Shown in pieces: positions 24,219-35,625 of a stretch of DNA of 64,000 nucleotides; position 1 is the first letter of the stretch; each line of letters starts with the position of its first letter. The stretch comes from Hydractinia symbiolongicarpus. Its lineage: Eukaryota. The stretch lies in the NCBI RefSeq assembly GCF_029227915.1, contig NC_079879.1:27443095-27507094 (forward strand), in the 5' to 3' direction. The notes under the pieces were generated by a model, which was given only the letters and a program-made list of their open reading frames with translations, was not told where the DNA came from and searched no databases. Both the position numbers and the translations under genes were made by a program.

Positions 24219-25322
24219 CTATTTTTCAGTAGTCAATGTATATTCTTTCAGTTGTTTGAGTTGAAGAATCTCTTTGACAACATCATCATTCATTTTACAC
24301 ACCACGTCCAATACTGTCAACTTTTTACATTCTTTTACAAGATTAAGAACAGCATTGTCTAACTCATGACTTGTTGTCGTATAAATGCAAAGAGATTCTA
24401 ATGTGGTTGAGTAGATTGATGAAACCAAGTTGATGTGGTCAATAACAATTGAGTATAAACATAATTTCAATATAGAAACAGGAGCTTCTGGGACTAAAAC
24501 TCGATATGTTAACTGCAATGGACAAGTGTGGTTGAACCAAACTTCAAGTTTTAAATTAGGAGATTTCTTTTTTATCATCAACCATTCCTCGTCGGTAACA
24601 AATCTGGAATACTTTGCAGCACTTGTAAACAGAAGAGAAATAAATTGAACTTCGGCTCTATCTGCATTTCCAAACGCTCTTAATACGTCGCTACAAAAAC
24701 ATATAGCTTGGACATACAGGTATTGTAGACGACGAGCTTTCTTTACAAATGCGACTAGCATAGCACGTGATATCTGATAGACCAATGTGTTGTTTTGAAT
24801 GTTCAACACCTCAAGATAAGAGGCGTGACATTTGGTTATTGTCTTCAAAAACTCGTCTGTTATCGCGATTGGAAATTTGGATAAATCAATTTTAGTGATG
24901 TAACACAAGGATTTAGTGTTGAAAAAGTCCTGCAGGTTTTCTAGATAACATCTTCCAGAGAAAAAGAAAGGGTTTTGTTCGCAAAATTCTAATTTGAATT
25001 CTTGTAATTCCAACCGTTTTTTTCTTGCTAAATCTTGAACGAAGTTTCCGCTATTTCTGCAGTTATCTGCAGCTCGCTGGTGACATTTGATGTGTAAATG
25101 ACGAAAAAATTCACCGTAGTTTTTTGCGATATCTCGTAAGTTGACGTCACATAAGCCTTTTTGGAAATCTACCTCCACAGTGTACCACAACTGTGGTGAC
25201 TTCATACACTTGTTCCATGTTTTGCACACTTGGGCTGCGTTTAAACGGTCATCGTTCGTCAAATTTTGAAATATATTTACGTAGATTTCAGCAGGTAATG
25301 TCTCCCAATTACTTACTAACAT
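24219..25322 (-). CDS. Intronless F-box protein with C-terminal leucine-rich repeats (FBXL-like), 367 aa
   Basis: ATG at 25322. The N-terminus LPAEIYVNIFQNLTNDDRLNAAQVCKTWNKCMKSPQLW is a canonical F-box. It is followed by LxxLxL-type repeats. Confidence 0.75.
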   Translation of the reverse strand: MLVSNWETLPAEIYVNIFQNLTNDDRLNAAQVCKTWNKCMKSPQLWYTVEVDFQKGLCDVNLRDIAKNYGEFFRHLHIKCHQRAADNCRNSGNFVQDLARKKRLELQEFKLEFCEQNPFFFSGRCYLENLQDFFNTKSLCYITKIDLSKFPIAITDEFLKTITKCHASYLEVLNIQNNTLVYQISRAMLVAFVKKARRLQYLYVQAICFCSDVLRAFGNADRAEVQFISLLFTSAAKYSRFVTDEEWLMIKKKSPNLKLEVWFNHTCPLQLTYRVLVPEAPVSILKLCLYSIVIDHINLVSSIYSTTLESLCIYTTTSHELDNAVLNLVKECKKLTVLDVVCKMNDDVVKEILQLKQLKEYTLTTEK

Positions 25323-26572
25323 CTTTCACTTCCTTTTCTTTTTCTTTTAACATATTTTTCAAGTATTGTGGACAACTGACAGGGGTTTCCAATTTTAGCT
25401 CCATCATCGCGAAATCAAGCTAAACTCCGCCACACATTTTACACGATTTCGGAGAATTTTAAGCAAAACTATGTGCGCCGCGAGGAAGTGTTCCAAACCG
25501 TTTTCAAGTTAACCCTTTGTTCAATAAATAATCAGTCCATTTAAATCATAGCGATCCGCAATTAAAAAATGATAAGCTTATAAATAATAAGATAATACTG
25601 TAAAAATAAATATATAAAAAAATATAAAATAAATATTTTACGGATTTTAAAGTGTACAAACTCACCATATTAATTTGCTCATCAAACATGCTAGACTGTA
25701 CGTAATTGAGCGCAACCTCTCTAATCGTATACTTTGGAAAATCGATTGTGGTGTATATACCTAAGCTTTGGTACAATGCATAAATTACATTTATTTGCAT
25801 AGATTACATTATTTTTAAATGACCTAAACAATTGATTTCGCCAAGCCCCTCGGGACACTGTTTGACTCCATAGCAGAGATTAGCACGTTCAGGGTTGTGA
25901 GATATCATAAATACATTCTTAGTGTATGTTTGCAAACTGAAATCAATAAAAGCAGATCCTTTTACCACTCGTATCTTTAACGGTTGACACATTTCACTGG
26001 TTTCAGCCCTAAATTAAATAAAGTGCCTTGAGTCTGGCGATTTTCGCATATTCTAAATTTGAGGATTAGAGAGACTTTATTTTTTGCATCCATAAGTCAC
26101 AACGGCGAATTTTCTTCACTGTTACAATTTGTAGTTACAGTAGTATCAACATAGGAAAAACAAAGGTAAAATTTTTTAGCATCTTTTCACATTACAAATG
26201 AACATTTAAATTATAAAAGGACAGACAGTAGAAAAACAATGCAAAAATTGCATTTAAGGTATATACTAATTTATCAAATTTATGAAGATGCGATGATAAA
26301 AACACAAATTAAGAATCCTTAGTTGAAATGGCAAAGAAGTGATTTAAATTTCTTCTCATCGCAAACGACACCCTACACAGCATTTTATGGAAATGAAAAT
26401 TCCGACAGATTGCTTGTCATTATTAACAAAGCATTTTGATTATAACTGAAAACTTCTTTCACGAAAAAGATGTGCAAAAGTTATAAGGAAATTAATAAAT
26501 AAAGGTAATTTGGTGCAAAGTGGCTTTTAAAGTTCTTGAACGTAACAACAACAAAACATTTGCATTTATCGA

Positions 26573-26677
26573 TTACATTTGATGGATCAACCCATTTCCA
26601 CCTTGGTACAAATTTAATGGAGTGGAACCGTCAGTAATTATAGTGCTACGCAGACCAATGGCTTTCAACATCTCCAT
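26573..26677 (-). CDS. MVP: major vault protein, exon 28 of 28 (terminal)
   Basis: Product MEMLKAIGLRSTIITDGSTPLNLYQGGNGLIHQM, then stop TAA (reverse complement of 26573–26575). Compare the human MVP C-terminus [24 protein letters not shown]. Confidence 0.8.
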   Translation of the reverse strand: MEMLKAIGLRSTIITDGSTPLNLYQGGNGLIHQM

Positions 26678-26754
26678 CTAAACATATCAACAAATTTATT
26701 TGACAGAAAAGATAAAACTGTACAATAACAGAACAAACCAAAATATTTTATGAC

Positions 26755-26840
26755 ATTATGTCGTTATTCTGAATTTCACGGCTTTATCGTCAAAATTTCA
26801 CGGCTTTATCGTCAAAATTTTACGGCTTTATCGTCAAAAT
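26755..26840. repeat. 22-bp tandem repeat, 3 copies (tcacggctttatcgtcaaaatt)
   Basis: Three head-to-tail copies with one or two substitutions, in the MVP 3' region. Confidence 0.7.
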
Positions 26841-27135
26841 TGCCTTACCGTTCGAAACCATTGAAAATTTTCAAATTAAATCAAACCATAATTTTTGAAG
26901 AAAAAATTGAACGTGTGTATATTACGCGGCCGCTTGACAATAAAATTTTATCTTTATGCAATCACTTGCTGAGTTAAGCAGAAATCATAGAATAGTAAAA
27001 ACAACTGATGATAACCAGGTTGGGAGGTAATAACAGGTTTACAAACGATCACTTCAAGACCGAATAAAAATAAACACTTTTGGTAGACCAATGAATCATA
27101 AACACCCAAGTGAAACAATACCAGACTAATTTTAC

Positions 27136-27216
27136 CTGTGCGATGGGTCCTGCATCTGCGATCTGTTTTATTGTCTCGCTTCCTATCGATGAAACTAAAT
27201 CATGGGATTTTGTAGC
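27136..27216 (-). CDS. MVP: major vault protein, exon 27
   Basis: Product ATKSHDLVSSIGSETIKQIADAGPIAQ. Compare human [22 protein letters not shown]. Confidence 0.8.
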
Positions 27217-27485
27217 CTGAAAAAGAAATAAATATAATCTCATTATACGTACATACCAAAAGTTCAGTTGTTTCTTAGTTTTAAACATGGCTCTCCAAAT
27301 TTAATGCGTTTAAGATAACGTACATTAGCTTCTCTCATAGAAGTGTTGACGGCAAAGATAGATTGCTATTCACTTTGAGTATTTAGAAGACAAGCAGCCA
27401 TTTTGAGTACATGCAGTAATGACAGAAGTCACTTTTTTGATAATGAAGAATAAGTGATAAATACAATCATGCACGTGGTACTTAC

Positions 27486-27566
27486 GGAGATACGAGCTAA
27501 CTCTTTCGCTTTGTGAATGTCGAGTTCATTCATTTTTTTCATGTAAGAGATTTCTGACGCCCGATG
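27486..27566 (-). CDS. MVP: major vault protein, exon 26
   Basis: Product HRASEISYMKKMNELDIHKAKELARIS. This is the cap-helix coiled-coil region. Donor gtaagt. Confidence 0.7.
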
Positions 27567-27738
27567 CTATAAAAAAAATATCATTTTAATCAATTTGAAA
27601 TATAAAATGCCTATAGGTGGTAATCATTCGAGAGAATGGAGACAAGGTTGTCTTAACATTAACTCATTGCTCCACAAAACAATAACAAAAGTGTATTTCT
27701 GAAAGTTATAAAAAATCGATTCAAAAAAACATTTTTAC

Positions 27739-27803
27739 CTTTTGCAGACTCTCTAACTTCGCATTTTCTTCGATTTCTTCCGCTTTTGTTTTTAAAGTAG
27801 CAG
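27739..27803 (-). CDS. MVP: major vault protein, exon 25
   Basis: Product AATLKTKAEEIEENAKLESLQK, with GT-AG boundaries. Confidence 0.7.
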
Positions 27804-28070
27804 CTAGAATAGAAAAGATGGCTGTTACATTTTTATGTTTATAAACAAGTAAAATAAAATACTATATTACACAAAAATCGCTGAAAGTTTAGTACGTTAT
27901 CCACTATGAAAACTATATCTACGACAATATCTCCCTAAAATCAATGGAATATTCACTAGCCACAAGATCAGAAAGCAAACACATACGCTCGAAGTGTCAA
28001 GTATGGAAAATAAAATATACATAAGCGTTTATAGGTTGACAGTCTTAGTTTTTATTTAACACCTGCTTAC

Positions 28071-28116
28071 CTTCAATAGCACTTCTTCCTTCGATCAACG
28101 ACTTTTCCGCTTGAGC
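28071..28116 (-). CDS. MVP: major vault protein, exon 24
   Basis: Product AQAEKSLIEGRSAIE. Compare human SRAEAARIEGEGS. Confidence 0.7.
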
Positions 28117-28272
28117 CTTTAAAGGAATTAAAAATACTTTCGTTACTCTCTTTGTTTAACGAATCACACATCCAAATAGTTCGGAATTACGTAAACCGTA
28201 AGTATGCGGGCGATATTACAACACCGAATAACTAAACACGAACAGGATAACTCAACAAAAACAAAAGAATAC

Positions 28273-28362
28273 CTCAGCTTCAGCTTTTGCATGACCAGAT
28301 GATTCCACAGCTGCAGTGATGGCTCTTAATTCATACAAGTGACGGCGAGCATCTTCAGCGGC
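28273..28362 (-). CDS. MVP: major vault protein, exon 23
   Basis: Product AAEDARRHLYELRAITAAVESSGHAKAEAE. Compare human LEALSMAVESTGTAKAEAES. Confidence 0.85.
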
Positions 28363-28469
28363 CTGAAAAAAAATCACTTATATATTCACTGACAAATACT
28401 TGTAAAAGTTAAAAATGTTTTATATTTTGACATAAGTTTTTACCAACCAAGTTAATTTGTCAACTTTAC

Positions 28470-28560
28470 CTTCTCGTTGTCTAACTTATTCTTTTCCAAT
28501 TTGCCTCTAGCAGTTTGTTCGTTCTTAGCGGCTTCGTGAGATGCTGCTAGCTCAATAGAC
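28470..28560 (-). CDS. MVP: major vault protein, exon 22
   Basis: Product QSIELAASHEAAKNEQTARGKLEKNKLDNEK. Compare human [34 protein letters not shown]. Confidence 0.85.
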
Positions 28561-28751
28561 CTAAAAAAATGAGTTGTAGTGAAGTTGTAATGAAGATTAA
28601 CTTAACAAGGCTTTAAGCGAACAGATATATTCGCATCCAACTTAAACACGACACACAAAAGACTCGATTGAGACCATGTGCGTACCATGTGCGTTTGCAA
28701 CATTGACTCTTTTATCTCATATAATACATTAGCTTGATAGATAAGAGAAAG

Positions 28752-28861
28752 TACACATACTGAGTTGAAATCTCAATAGCCAGTTGAACTGATTTTAGTA
28801 AACTGTCTCTCATGTGAGAATCCACAGGTTCAATGCTTTGCACATCGATGTTGGTTACAGT
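28752..28861 (-). CDS. MVP: major vault protein, exon 21
   Basis: Product [33 protein letters not shown]. Compare human [33 protein letters not shown]. Confidence 0.85.
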
Positions 28862-29171
28862 CTAAAAAACACAAAACATGAAGAAAAAGGTTTGAAGGAA
28901 ATGAATATTTTCTCAGTGGACTGAACTTTCACGAAGGTGTTTCTTTTAACTCTGTTCCTGACAAAACGTGCGGACATTTTATCGTAAGAGAAACTCAACA
29001 TACGAAATAATTCTTATTGGATCGTTGTTACAAAACATTGGAAGAATTCCAAAGGAAAACTAACCCAGTAAACAGAAATCGAGTCTACAGAAAGTGAACA
29101 AAACATGTTCTATGGTGTTTAAAACTATATTTAAAAAATGTCACAACAAGAACAGCCGCAACAACACCTAC

Positions 29172-29314
29172 CATATTGTTTTCTGTAAATGTTAATGCAT
29201 TGCGAGTACAACCTTTCTCATCAACACCAAAAACAGCTTCTTTCACTATCTTAGTAGAGTAACGATGAAACTCATCGAAACTTGTACGGGCGACACAACC
29301 ACGGATTCGACTAG
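29172..29314 (-). CDS. MVP: major vault protein, exon 20
   Basis: Product ASRIRGCVARTSFDEFHRYSTKIVKEAVFGVDEKGCTRNALTFTENNM. Compare human [30 protein letters not shown]. Confidence 0.9.
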
Positions 29315-29660
29315 CTAAATTAAAAATCGTGAACGTAACATAAATGATAAAAAGGTAATTGCGGAGAAGGTTACATAGACCTCAAAATTAGATTTATCCA
29401 ATGCAAGGTTAGTTTTTTGTCACCATTACCTGTGCATATAATCAGGTTACTAGATACGCGTATGAATCATTAAACATAAAAGTGAAATTACTCCGCATGT
29501 GTTGTTCGTACGACCAATTTTTAAATAATAGTTTAAATCTCATGTCACGTGATATCGAATTCCAAATAAGGATCTGGGTCTGTTTCGCGAAAATTACTTA
29601 TTTTTTCACTTGAATATAAATAAAGCGAAAATAATAATTTATTTCAAGGAAAATAATTAC

Positions 29661-29739
29661 CGATATTTTTAGTTGCAAAACCGACATAATCAGGAACTGA
29701 AAACAATTTCTTTTCGGATTCTTTATCCCCTGGGATGCA
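29661..29739 (-). CDS. MVP: major vault protein, exon 19
   Basis: Product CIPGDKESEKKLFSVPDYVGFATKNI. Compare human ETAKLFSVPDFVGDACKAI. Confidence 0.85.
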
Positions 29740-29838
29740 CTTGAATAAAAATAGCAGTATAAGTGGAAGTCGTCACGGACAAATTGACAGCAGAAGTCGT
29801 CACGGACAACTTGACGGATATGTACTTTAGTTACTTAC

Positions 29839-29898
29839 TTCAAATTTATTGTTGGCTGCGTATTTGATACTCAATCGAGCATGATCTAGTGTCTCCAC
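29839..29898 (-). CDS. MVP: major vault protein, exon 18
   Basis: Product VETLDHARLSIKYAANNKFE. Compare human [20 protein letters not shown]. Confidence 0.85.
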
Positions 29899-30245
29899 CT
29901 GATATAAAAAAAACAATGCCTTAATCTACGTACAGATCTAGTGTGTATATATTTAAAATGTTAAAAAGTGTAAATAAAAAATATACGAGTCAATCCAACT
30001 AGAAATTTAGACAATCAGTACATATTCAAAAAAAAACTGATTGACAGTTTTAACACCGAATATGGACAAAAATTTGACAAGCTGAATGACAAAAATAGTC
30101 AAGTTATAACTTCGTGTTGGGCTCGTAAATCAACTGGAAGTACCAGAATATCGTTGCCACTGACAAATTAACAACGAGAAAAATTGAAAACTAAAGATGC
30201 TATGGAACCTTAATCTTTTTACAATGCCTTGGTTAAAAGACGAAC

Positions 30246-30325
30246 CTCTATAATATCGGTGATGTAATCTGGGCCCAACATAATGGCCAATGACATGAGA
30301 GCATTTTGTTTTTTCGGTTTTCCAG
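30246..30325 (-). CDS. MVP: major vault protein, exon 17
   Basis: Product AGKPKKQNALMSLAIMLGPDYITDIIE. Compare human [29 protein letters not shown]. Confidence 0.8.
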
Positions 30326-30405
30326 CTAAAACACATACAAGTAAACTTAATCAACGACATAAATAAAATTATGAAAAAGTATTCACAAAATCTATGATTG
30401 CTTAC

Positions 30406-30451
30406 CACTCAAGCTTAAAACATTGAACTCTTCAGCTGGCTCTAAAATGAC
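30406..30451 (-). CDS. MVP: major vault protein, exon 16
   Basis: Product VILEPAEEFNVLSLS. Compare human VSLGPEEQFTVLSLS. Confidence 0.8.
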
Positions 30452-30554
30452 CTGTAAATAGCAAGAAGAGTTATTTTGAGTATCTTTTTCAACATCAATA
30501 ACGACAGCTGCAACAACACTAGCAATAATATTTTAGCAACAGATTGTAACCTAC

Positions 30555-30605
30555 CAAATTTGGTCCAAAGACAACACGAGCTGATTGTTGTTGATGATCG
30601 TAAAC
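30555..30605 (-). CDS. MVP: major vault protein, exon 15
   Basis: Product VYDHQQQSARVVFGPNL. Compare human VYDYREKRARVVFGPEL. Confidence 0.8.
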
Positions 30606-30797
30606 CTTAAGAATAGTGAAACATATTAAAACTTGTGCACCATTTATTTTCAGACAACAAAAAATATACATAAAATCTGTAGTCTAAAAAAAAATGTTTT
30701 TTATTAAGTGCAAAATAGGTGTAAGAGAAAAATAAAATAAAAAGAATCAACTCGCAAGCGAAGGAAAGCTAAAATTGTAATAAAAAAGTAGATATAC

Positions 30798-30851
30798 CTG
30801 AACAGCTGCATTTGGAGGGACTCTGTACGAAATGATTCTAATTGGATCTCT
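30798..30851 (-). CDS. MVP: major vault protein, exon 14
   Basis: Product RDPIRIISYRVPPNAAVQ. Compare human RNKTRVVSYRVPHNAAVQ. Confidence 0.85.
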
Positions 30852-30967
30852 CTATGAATAAGAAACAAAAATTAATATCATTAAGAATATAAAGTCGATA
30901 ACAATGAAAAAAAAACATCACAAAAATAGAATATGTTAAAAATGAGTATCGACATATAAATGCATAC

Positions 30968-31052
30968 CTTGCCGGTCGCGTAACACTGGTCTACAGATGA
31001 TTCAAAGTATGCCAGTTTACGAATATCTCCTTCGCCCCAACATCCACCATGA
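30968..31052 (-). CDS. MVP: major vault protein, exon 13
   Basis: Product AHGGCWGEGDIRKLAYFESSVDQCYATGK. Flanking GT-AG signals and phase are consistent. This is the least conserved exon. Confidence 0.6.
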
Positions 31053-31128
31053 CTACAATAAAAAGCCAATCATGCAAAACATATCTTAGCATGGGAGACC
31101 TTGTAATGAATTTAAAGGTGATTCTTAC

Positions 31129-31223
31129 GCTAGCATCTTTTCAACAATTGGAGACAAAGGTTTCGGCCAGTAGGTTTCGTTCTCCGTTAAAAGATAAGCT
31201 GTAGGACCCAATATTGTACGCAC
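31129..31223 (-). CDS. MVP: major vault protein, exon 12
   Basis: Product VRTILGPTAYLLTENETYWPKPLSPIVEKML. Compare human [30 protein letters not shown]. Confidence 0.85.
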
Positions 31224-31304
31224 CTAAATATGCAAGGAATTTGGGAGGTAGATTGTGGTAAACAAAGTACATTTGATCAAAAAAAAGTCGAATTCATTTC
31301 ATAC

Positions 31305-31365
31305 TTTCCCTGTCTTTGTATTTTGAACATATATTCCTTCATTTTTCCCCAAAGCCAACGGAGTT
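31305..31365 (-). CDS. MVP: major vault protein, exon 11
   Basis: Product (R)TPLALGKNEGIYVQNTKTGK. Compare human AIPLDENEGIYVQDVKTGK. Confidence 0.85.
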
Positions 31366-31476
31366 CTAAAAAAGACAAATTTAAAATGTCATTAGTCTGC
31401 GTGTATAACCAATAAATGTATGTGGCGACCACATTCCTTCTGTCTGCATGACTTATGGAAATTTAAAATACCTCAC

Positions 31477-31567
31477 CTTTTCACCTTAACGACAACTTCA
31501 ACTGATGGAATGTAAACTTGTGGACCTGTGATCATCCAAACGTCCCCTGGACTTCTCTCAACTGGTT
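31477..31567 (-). CDS. MVP: major vault protein, exon 10
   Basis: Product EPVERSPGDVWMITGPQVYIPSVEVVVKVK. Compare human [24 protein letters not shown]. Confidence 0.85.
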
Positions 31568-31591
31568 CTACAATGTTTAAATTTACATATA

Positions 31592-31896
31592 TAGTGGCAA
31601 AATGTTACAACTTGTTACCGTTTATTCAATGTCTTGATTTGTTTTTGCAAAAAGTGGTTCTTGATTGATAAAGAAATTGCATTATGTATTATTAGAATAG
31701 TAGCGCATGCGCAAAAATGTTAATGCTGTTGTAAAGGTTAGCACTCAAATGTTACAACTTGTTACCGTTTATTCAATGTCTTGATTTGTTTTTGCAAAAA
31801 GTGATTCTTGATTGATAAAGAAATTGCATTATGTATTATTAGAATAGTAGCGCATGCGCAAAAAATGTTAATGCTGTTGTAAAGGTTAGCACTCAA
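31592..31896. repeat. Tandem duplication of a ~150-bp unit (2 copies) inside an MVP intron
   Basis: The unit aaatgttacaacttgttaccgtttattcaatgtcttgatttgtttttgcaaaaagtg...gttagcactcaa is repeated head-to-tail with a few substitutions. Confidence 0.8.
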
Positions 31897-31984
31897 TTAA
31901 GGCGTCGTAATGCTTGTGATCTTTGTAGCATAGTCTTACTACCCTCAGTAAGAACCAGCCAGGAAAGTGTATATACATAATTAC

Positions 31985-32086
31985 CTTCTCCTGTAGTATC
32001 TGTGAATGCATAAGCAGCTGATAATATGAGCGCCTCATTATCTTCAAGCAGGTAAGCATTTTGAATACCATTTTCTAACTGTTCAC
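31985..32086 (-). CDS. MVP: major vault protein, exon 9
   Basis: Product GEQLENGIQNAYLLEDNEALILSAAYAFTDTTGE. Compare human [26 protein letters not shown]. Confidence 0.85.
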
Positions 32087-32176
32087 CTAAAATTAAACAA
32101 AAGAGATATGCACTTTGGGAAATATTTCAATAAACTTTGTGATGCGCTGATCTGCCATTATGGTATACGTGCGCAC

Positions 32177-32318
32177 CTGGTTTTAAGAAAAATGATGTTT
32201 GTCCTTTACGTAATTCCCTCTTTCCTAACTGTTGTTTACCAGACTTGTCAACAGGATTCAACACAACAGCATATTGATCTCTTTTTAAAACAGTTCGTGA
32301 TTTCTGCTCAACAATAAC
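32177..32318 (-). CDS. MVP: major vault protein, exon 8
   Basis: Product VIVEQKSRTVLKRDQYAVVLNPVDKSGKQQLGKRELRKGQTSFFLKP. Compare human [33 protein letters not shown]. Confidence 0.85.
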
Positions 32319-32696
32319 CTGGAAGTAACAAACGTTAGGACTGGAAAGTAAGAAATGATAAACAAGACTAACTACAATTGATATAAGTATTTTATCATTT
32401 TGGTTCAAATAGACCGATTTAAGATATAAATCTCTATCAGACTATAAGCAACACTGTTTCAAAATCCCAGCAAAATGCTGAAATCATTTTTTAAAAAAAG
32501 TTTCGTAATCAAGTGGTGTAATAGTGGTTTCTTAAAACAGCAGTTTTGAATTTCTCTACGTGACCGCTACAGTTTGGCTAAGATTTATGAAAAGACATCC
32601 GAATTTCACGATGACCGCACTAAGTACATCGAAGCCAATCCCACAAAGCTATCTTGCCAAGTGGTTTTAGCCTTACAAAAACGACAAGCAACCCAC

Positions 32697-32763
32697 CTCC
32701 CCAACTTCTGGTATATATAACTGTGAATCTTCAGATGTTACAAGCCAGTCTTCACCACAAACT
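32697..32763 (-). CDS. MVP: major vault protein, exon 7
   Basis: Product RVCGEDWLVTSEDSQLYIPEVGE. Compare human [23 protein letters not shown]. Confidence 0.8.
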
Positions 32764-34357
32764 CTAAAATAGGTGAAAAAGTAAGATGGAAATACTAAAC
32801 AATGTAACTGGTTTGATCACTATACCTGGTACTAGCACTAGTTTAGAAATATACAACATACTATCAATAGTTTAAGACAAATGTTGCCATGAGTTTAAAT
32901 ATTAAATGTTCAACTTTAATGATAATATGTTCTTAGTAATTCAAAAAGGAAGATTTAAATCTGCTGTATGAGGTCACTTGCACATGACTCTTTGTTCTAG
33001 CGATTACTGATACTAAAAACGTGATACATTCATTATTCGTTTTTACATATTTTTAAACTTGATTATATAATACAGACACATTGTAATCTTAAGTAAAGAC
33101 TATGAGTAAGGATGACATGCTCAGTATAGACAAAATAAATAAATGTAATTTGGAAGAGCTGTTCTGCTCAATCTTAGGACACTGCCCAATCTTTTGGCAT
33201 AAAAATGCTAGTCTCAAAACTGACCGGCCAGTCTTAAGACTGCACAGGCGTTACAAGATTGGGCAGGAGACCATGTTAGGCCCATCTTTAGACGCCTTTT
33301 AAATTTTAAAGAAGGGATGTGCCACACAAGCTCTGTTGTTTGCAAGCCCGAACAACCATCCTCAGGCACATTAAAACATCATATTTGGGATATACAATAA
33401 ACAAAAAAAGGAAAAACAAAAAACTGTTGAACTGACCAGGTCAGTTTTTTGGGCATAGTAAAAATCGTATCTAGCTAGCTAGCTATAGCTAGCACGTATT
33501 ATACACTTGGGATTTATATACAGCTCGTAGTGACCAAATATTTTATTAAAAAAGGTTCATATATAAAGAATCAGATAAATCGTTAGCTGTTAACTTTATT
33601 TTGGATGAAAAGTTTAGCTAGCTCTAGCTAGCGATAGTCAGCCATATATGGTTGAATAGTCTCAATTTTTTTATACACATATTTATATAAATGGTATAAA
33701 TTTTTCGCCTTTTGATTTGCCAAAAAAAGTTTCAATTTAAGTTCCTTTTAAGAGGTTCTCTTTGTTTTCGACAATTGTTTTAAGATTGGACATGCAGTTC
33801 AGTCTTAAGACTGGCTACCCATTTATCACTGTCAGAAGATTGGCCTGGCCAGTTTTAAGACGGGGCACGTTTCAAGATTGGACAGAAAAGAATCATTAAA
33901 AGAATGTTAAAAAAATAATTAAGCAGGTAAAGAACAGTTCTGCTGCTGCAGGAACGTCTAGTATTTCTTCAGAAAGGTAAAAGCAGGGATACTACAATTG
34001 AACTTAATTACAAGTATAGCCAATCAATAAACTGTGTTTTTTGTTTGTGATAAATCGTTGAATGTTGAATTAAAGTTCTTTATCTATCGATGTGTGCTGA
34101 AATCTTAACTAAATCTTTAGAGTTAGGGTTACGTCTTGCTTAGGTTGAGAGTTAATAGTTAGGTACAACCCAGGATAATTGGTTATTATTGTCAACAAAG
34201 ATAGTAGAAAAGTTTTAAAACTTGGGTGATAAGTTGGGTGGTGAATTGCATGTTTAGAGGTGTGTCATTACTAAGCAGATTTCAGAAAACAGGTTTTTAG
34301 TATGAAAAAAGGAACTTATCACTTTAAAAATCAAGAACAAAATCAAACATTTCATAC

Positions 34358-34508
34358 CTTGTTTTACCAAGACCATCTATTAATTTTCTTTGAGCTGTCA
34401 TATGTAGTGCTTCATGCATAGTAAGAGTTATTCCTTTTACTATTTCAAGGACTTCTTCGTAAGCACCAGGTAAGTAGGAGCCTGGTTTTCTTTGCAACCA
34501 TTCTTCTC
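34358..34508 (-). CDS. MVP: major vault protein, exon 6
   Basis: Product GEEWLQRKPGSYLPGAYEEVLEIVKGITLTMHEALHMTAQRKLIDGLGKT. Compare human [43 protein letters not shown]. Confidence 0.85.
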
Positions 34509-35361
34509 CTTTGAATGGAAACATAAAAAACAAACTTTAATTTTCCTTATTTTGAAATCAACATTTCAAGGGTGAAAACTGTTTGGTAAAAGGTATAATA
34601 TTTTGATGCAATTAAATAAATTCAGTTCACTAGCTATTCCCGAAAAATATATAACAATTAATGCACTGCATTTTCCAAGGAGTTAAGAACCACACTAAAC
34701 TTTTAGAGTAAACTAAATTGAATTTAGTATTTTATGGTTTAATTTTTATGTGTTGAAATCAATGGCAGCAATATGAACATATAATGTAAACAAAATTAGT
34801 ACACTTCTGTGGCTGAATATCAATCTTTTTGTTGGAAAGTTAAATTTGCAGTTCTGTATGGCTAAATTTGTAAAATTTAATTATCTTGCCTATAAATACT
34901 TGATAATTTCAAATAAATTATGATTACTTGCAACAAATGAAAATAATATTTAAACCAAAAGTTGAATTTGTTCAATTTTTTTACAAAAAGATTTAATTTT
35001 TATATTTTCTAGATTAGCTTTAGCTCAACTTTGAGATTAGCAGTAGCAAATACTGCATAAAATTTATCAGTTCAATGTTCAAGTTGAGTATTCAAGAAAG
35101 GAGAAAAAATGCAATATAAAGGTTAAAAATTGAAGGAAACAAAGGAGGAAAAAAATACAAGGTGAAGATAAAAAAGGTATTAAAAAGCATAATATTTGAA
35201 TGAAAAACATATGCAATACTGGGACTTAGTGGAAAGTATAACATTCCTGTCATTATTTCTGATATTCTGTAAAAAGTTTAATTTTTCTGACAATTCGTAC
35301 ATATTTTCAAAATTTCTAACAAGTCCTGGACAGCCTAAACTTTCACAAAGAATCTCCAAAC

Positions 35362-35625
35362 CTGTCATTCTTTCTTTTCCATTTTTATCAACCAAATCTT
35401 GTTTAGCTTTCAATCGCAATGCAGTTCCAAGTAATATTACACAAGGTTCTACAATGCCAAGATTTTTACACTCTGGTCTTGGATAATAAGTCCTTGGCCC
35501 CTCAATTTGCCACTCTTCTCCAGCTACTCTTTCCACTCCATTGTCATCAAATGAAACCAAGGCTTGAAGTTTTAGTGCCTTGCATGATGGTACAACTGGT
35601 AGCTTAATAATAGCCATCTTGTAGT
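35362..35625 (-). CDS. MVP: major vault protein, exon 5
   Basis: Product YKMAIIKLPVVPSCKALKLQALVSFDDNGVERVAGEEWQIEGPRTYYPRPECKNLGIVEPCVILLGTALRLKAKQDLVDKNGKERMT. Compare human [43 protein letters not shown]...GKERVTGEEW. Confidence 0.85.

Noticed and set aside
33100-33900. Region with the palindromic cagtcttaagactg motifs as a discrete transposon
   Set aside because: Several copies of a perfect 14-bp palindrome occur (33160–33280 and 33790–33880), but no consistent TIR pair or target-site duplication could be defined. It is left as unexplained repeat structure inside an MVP intron.
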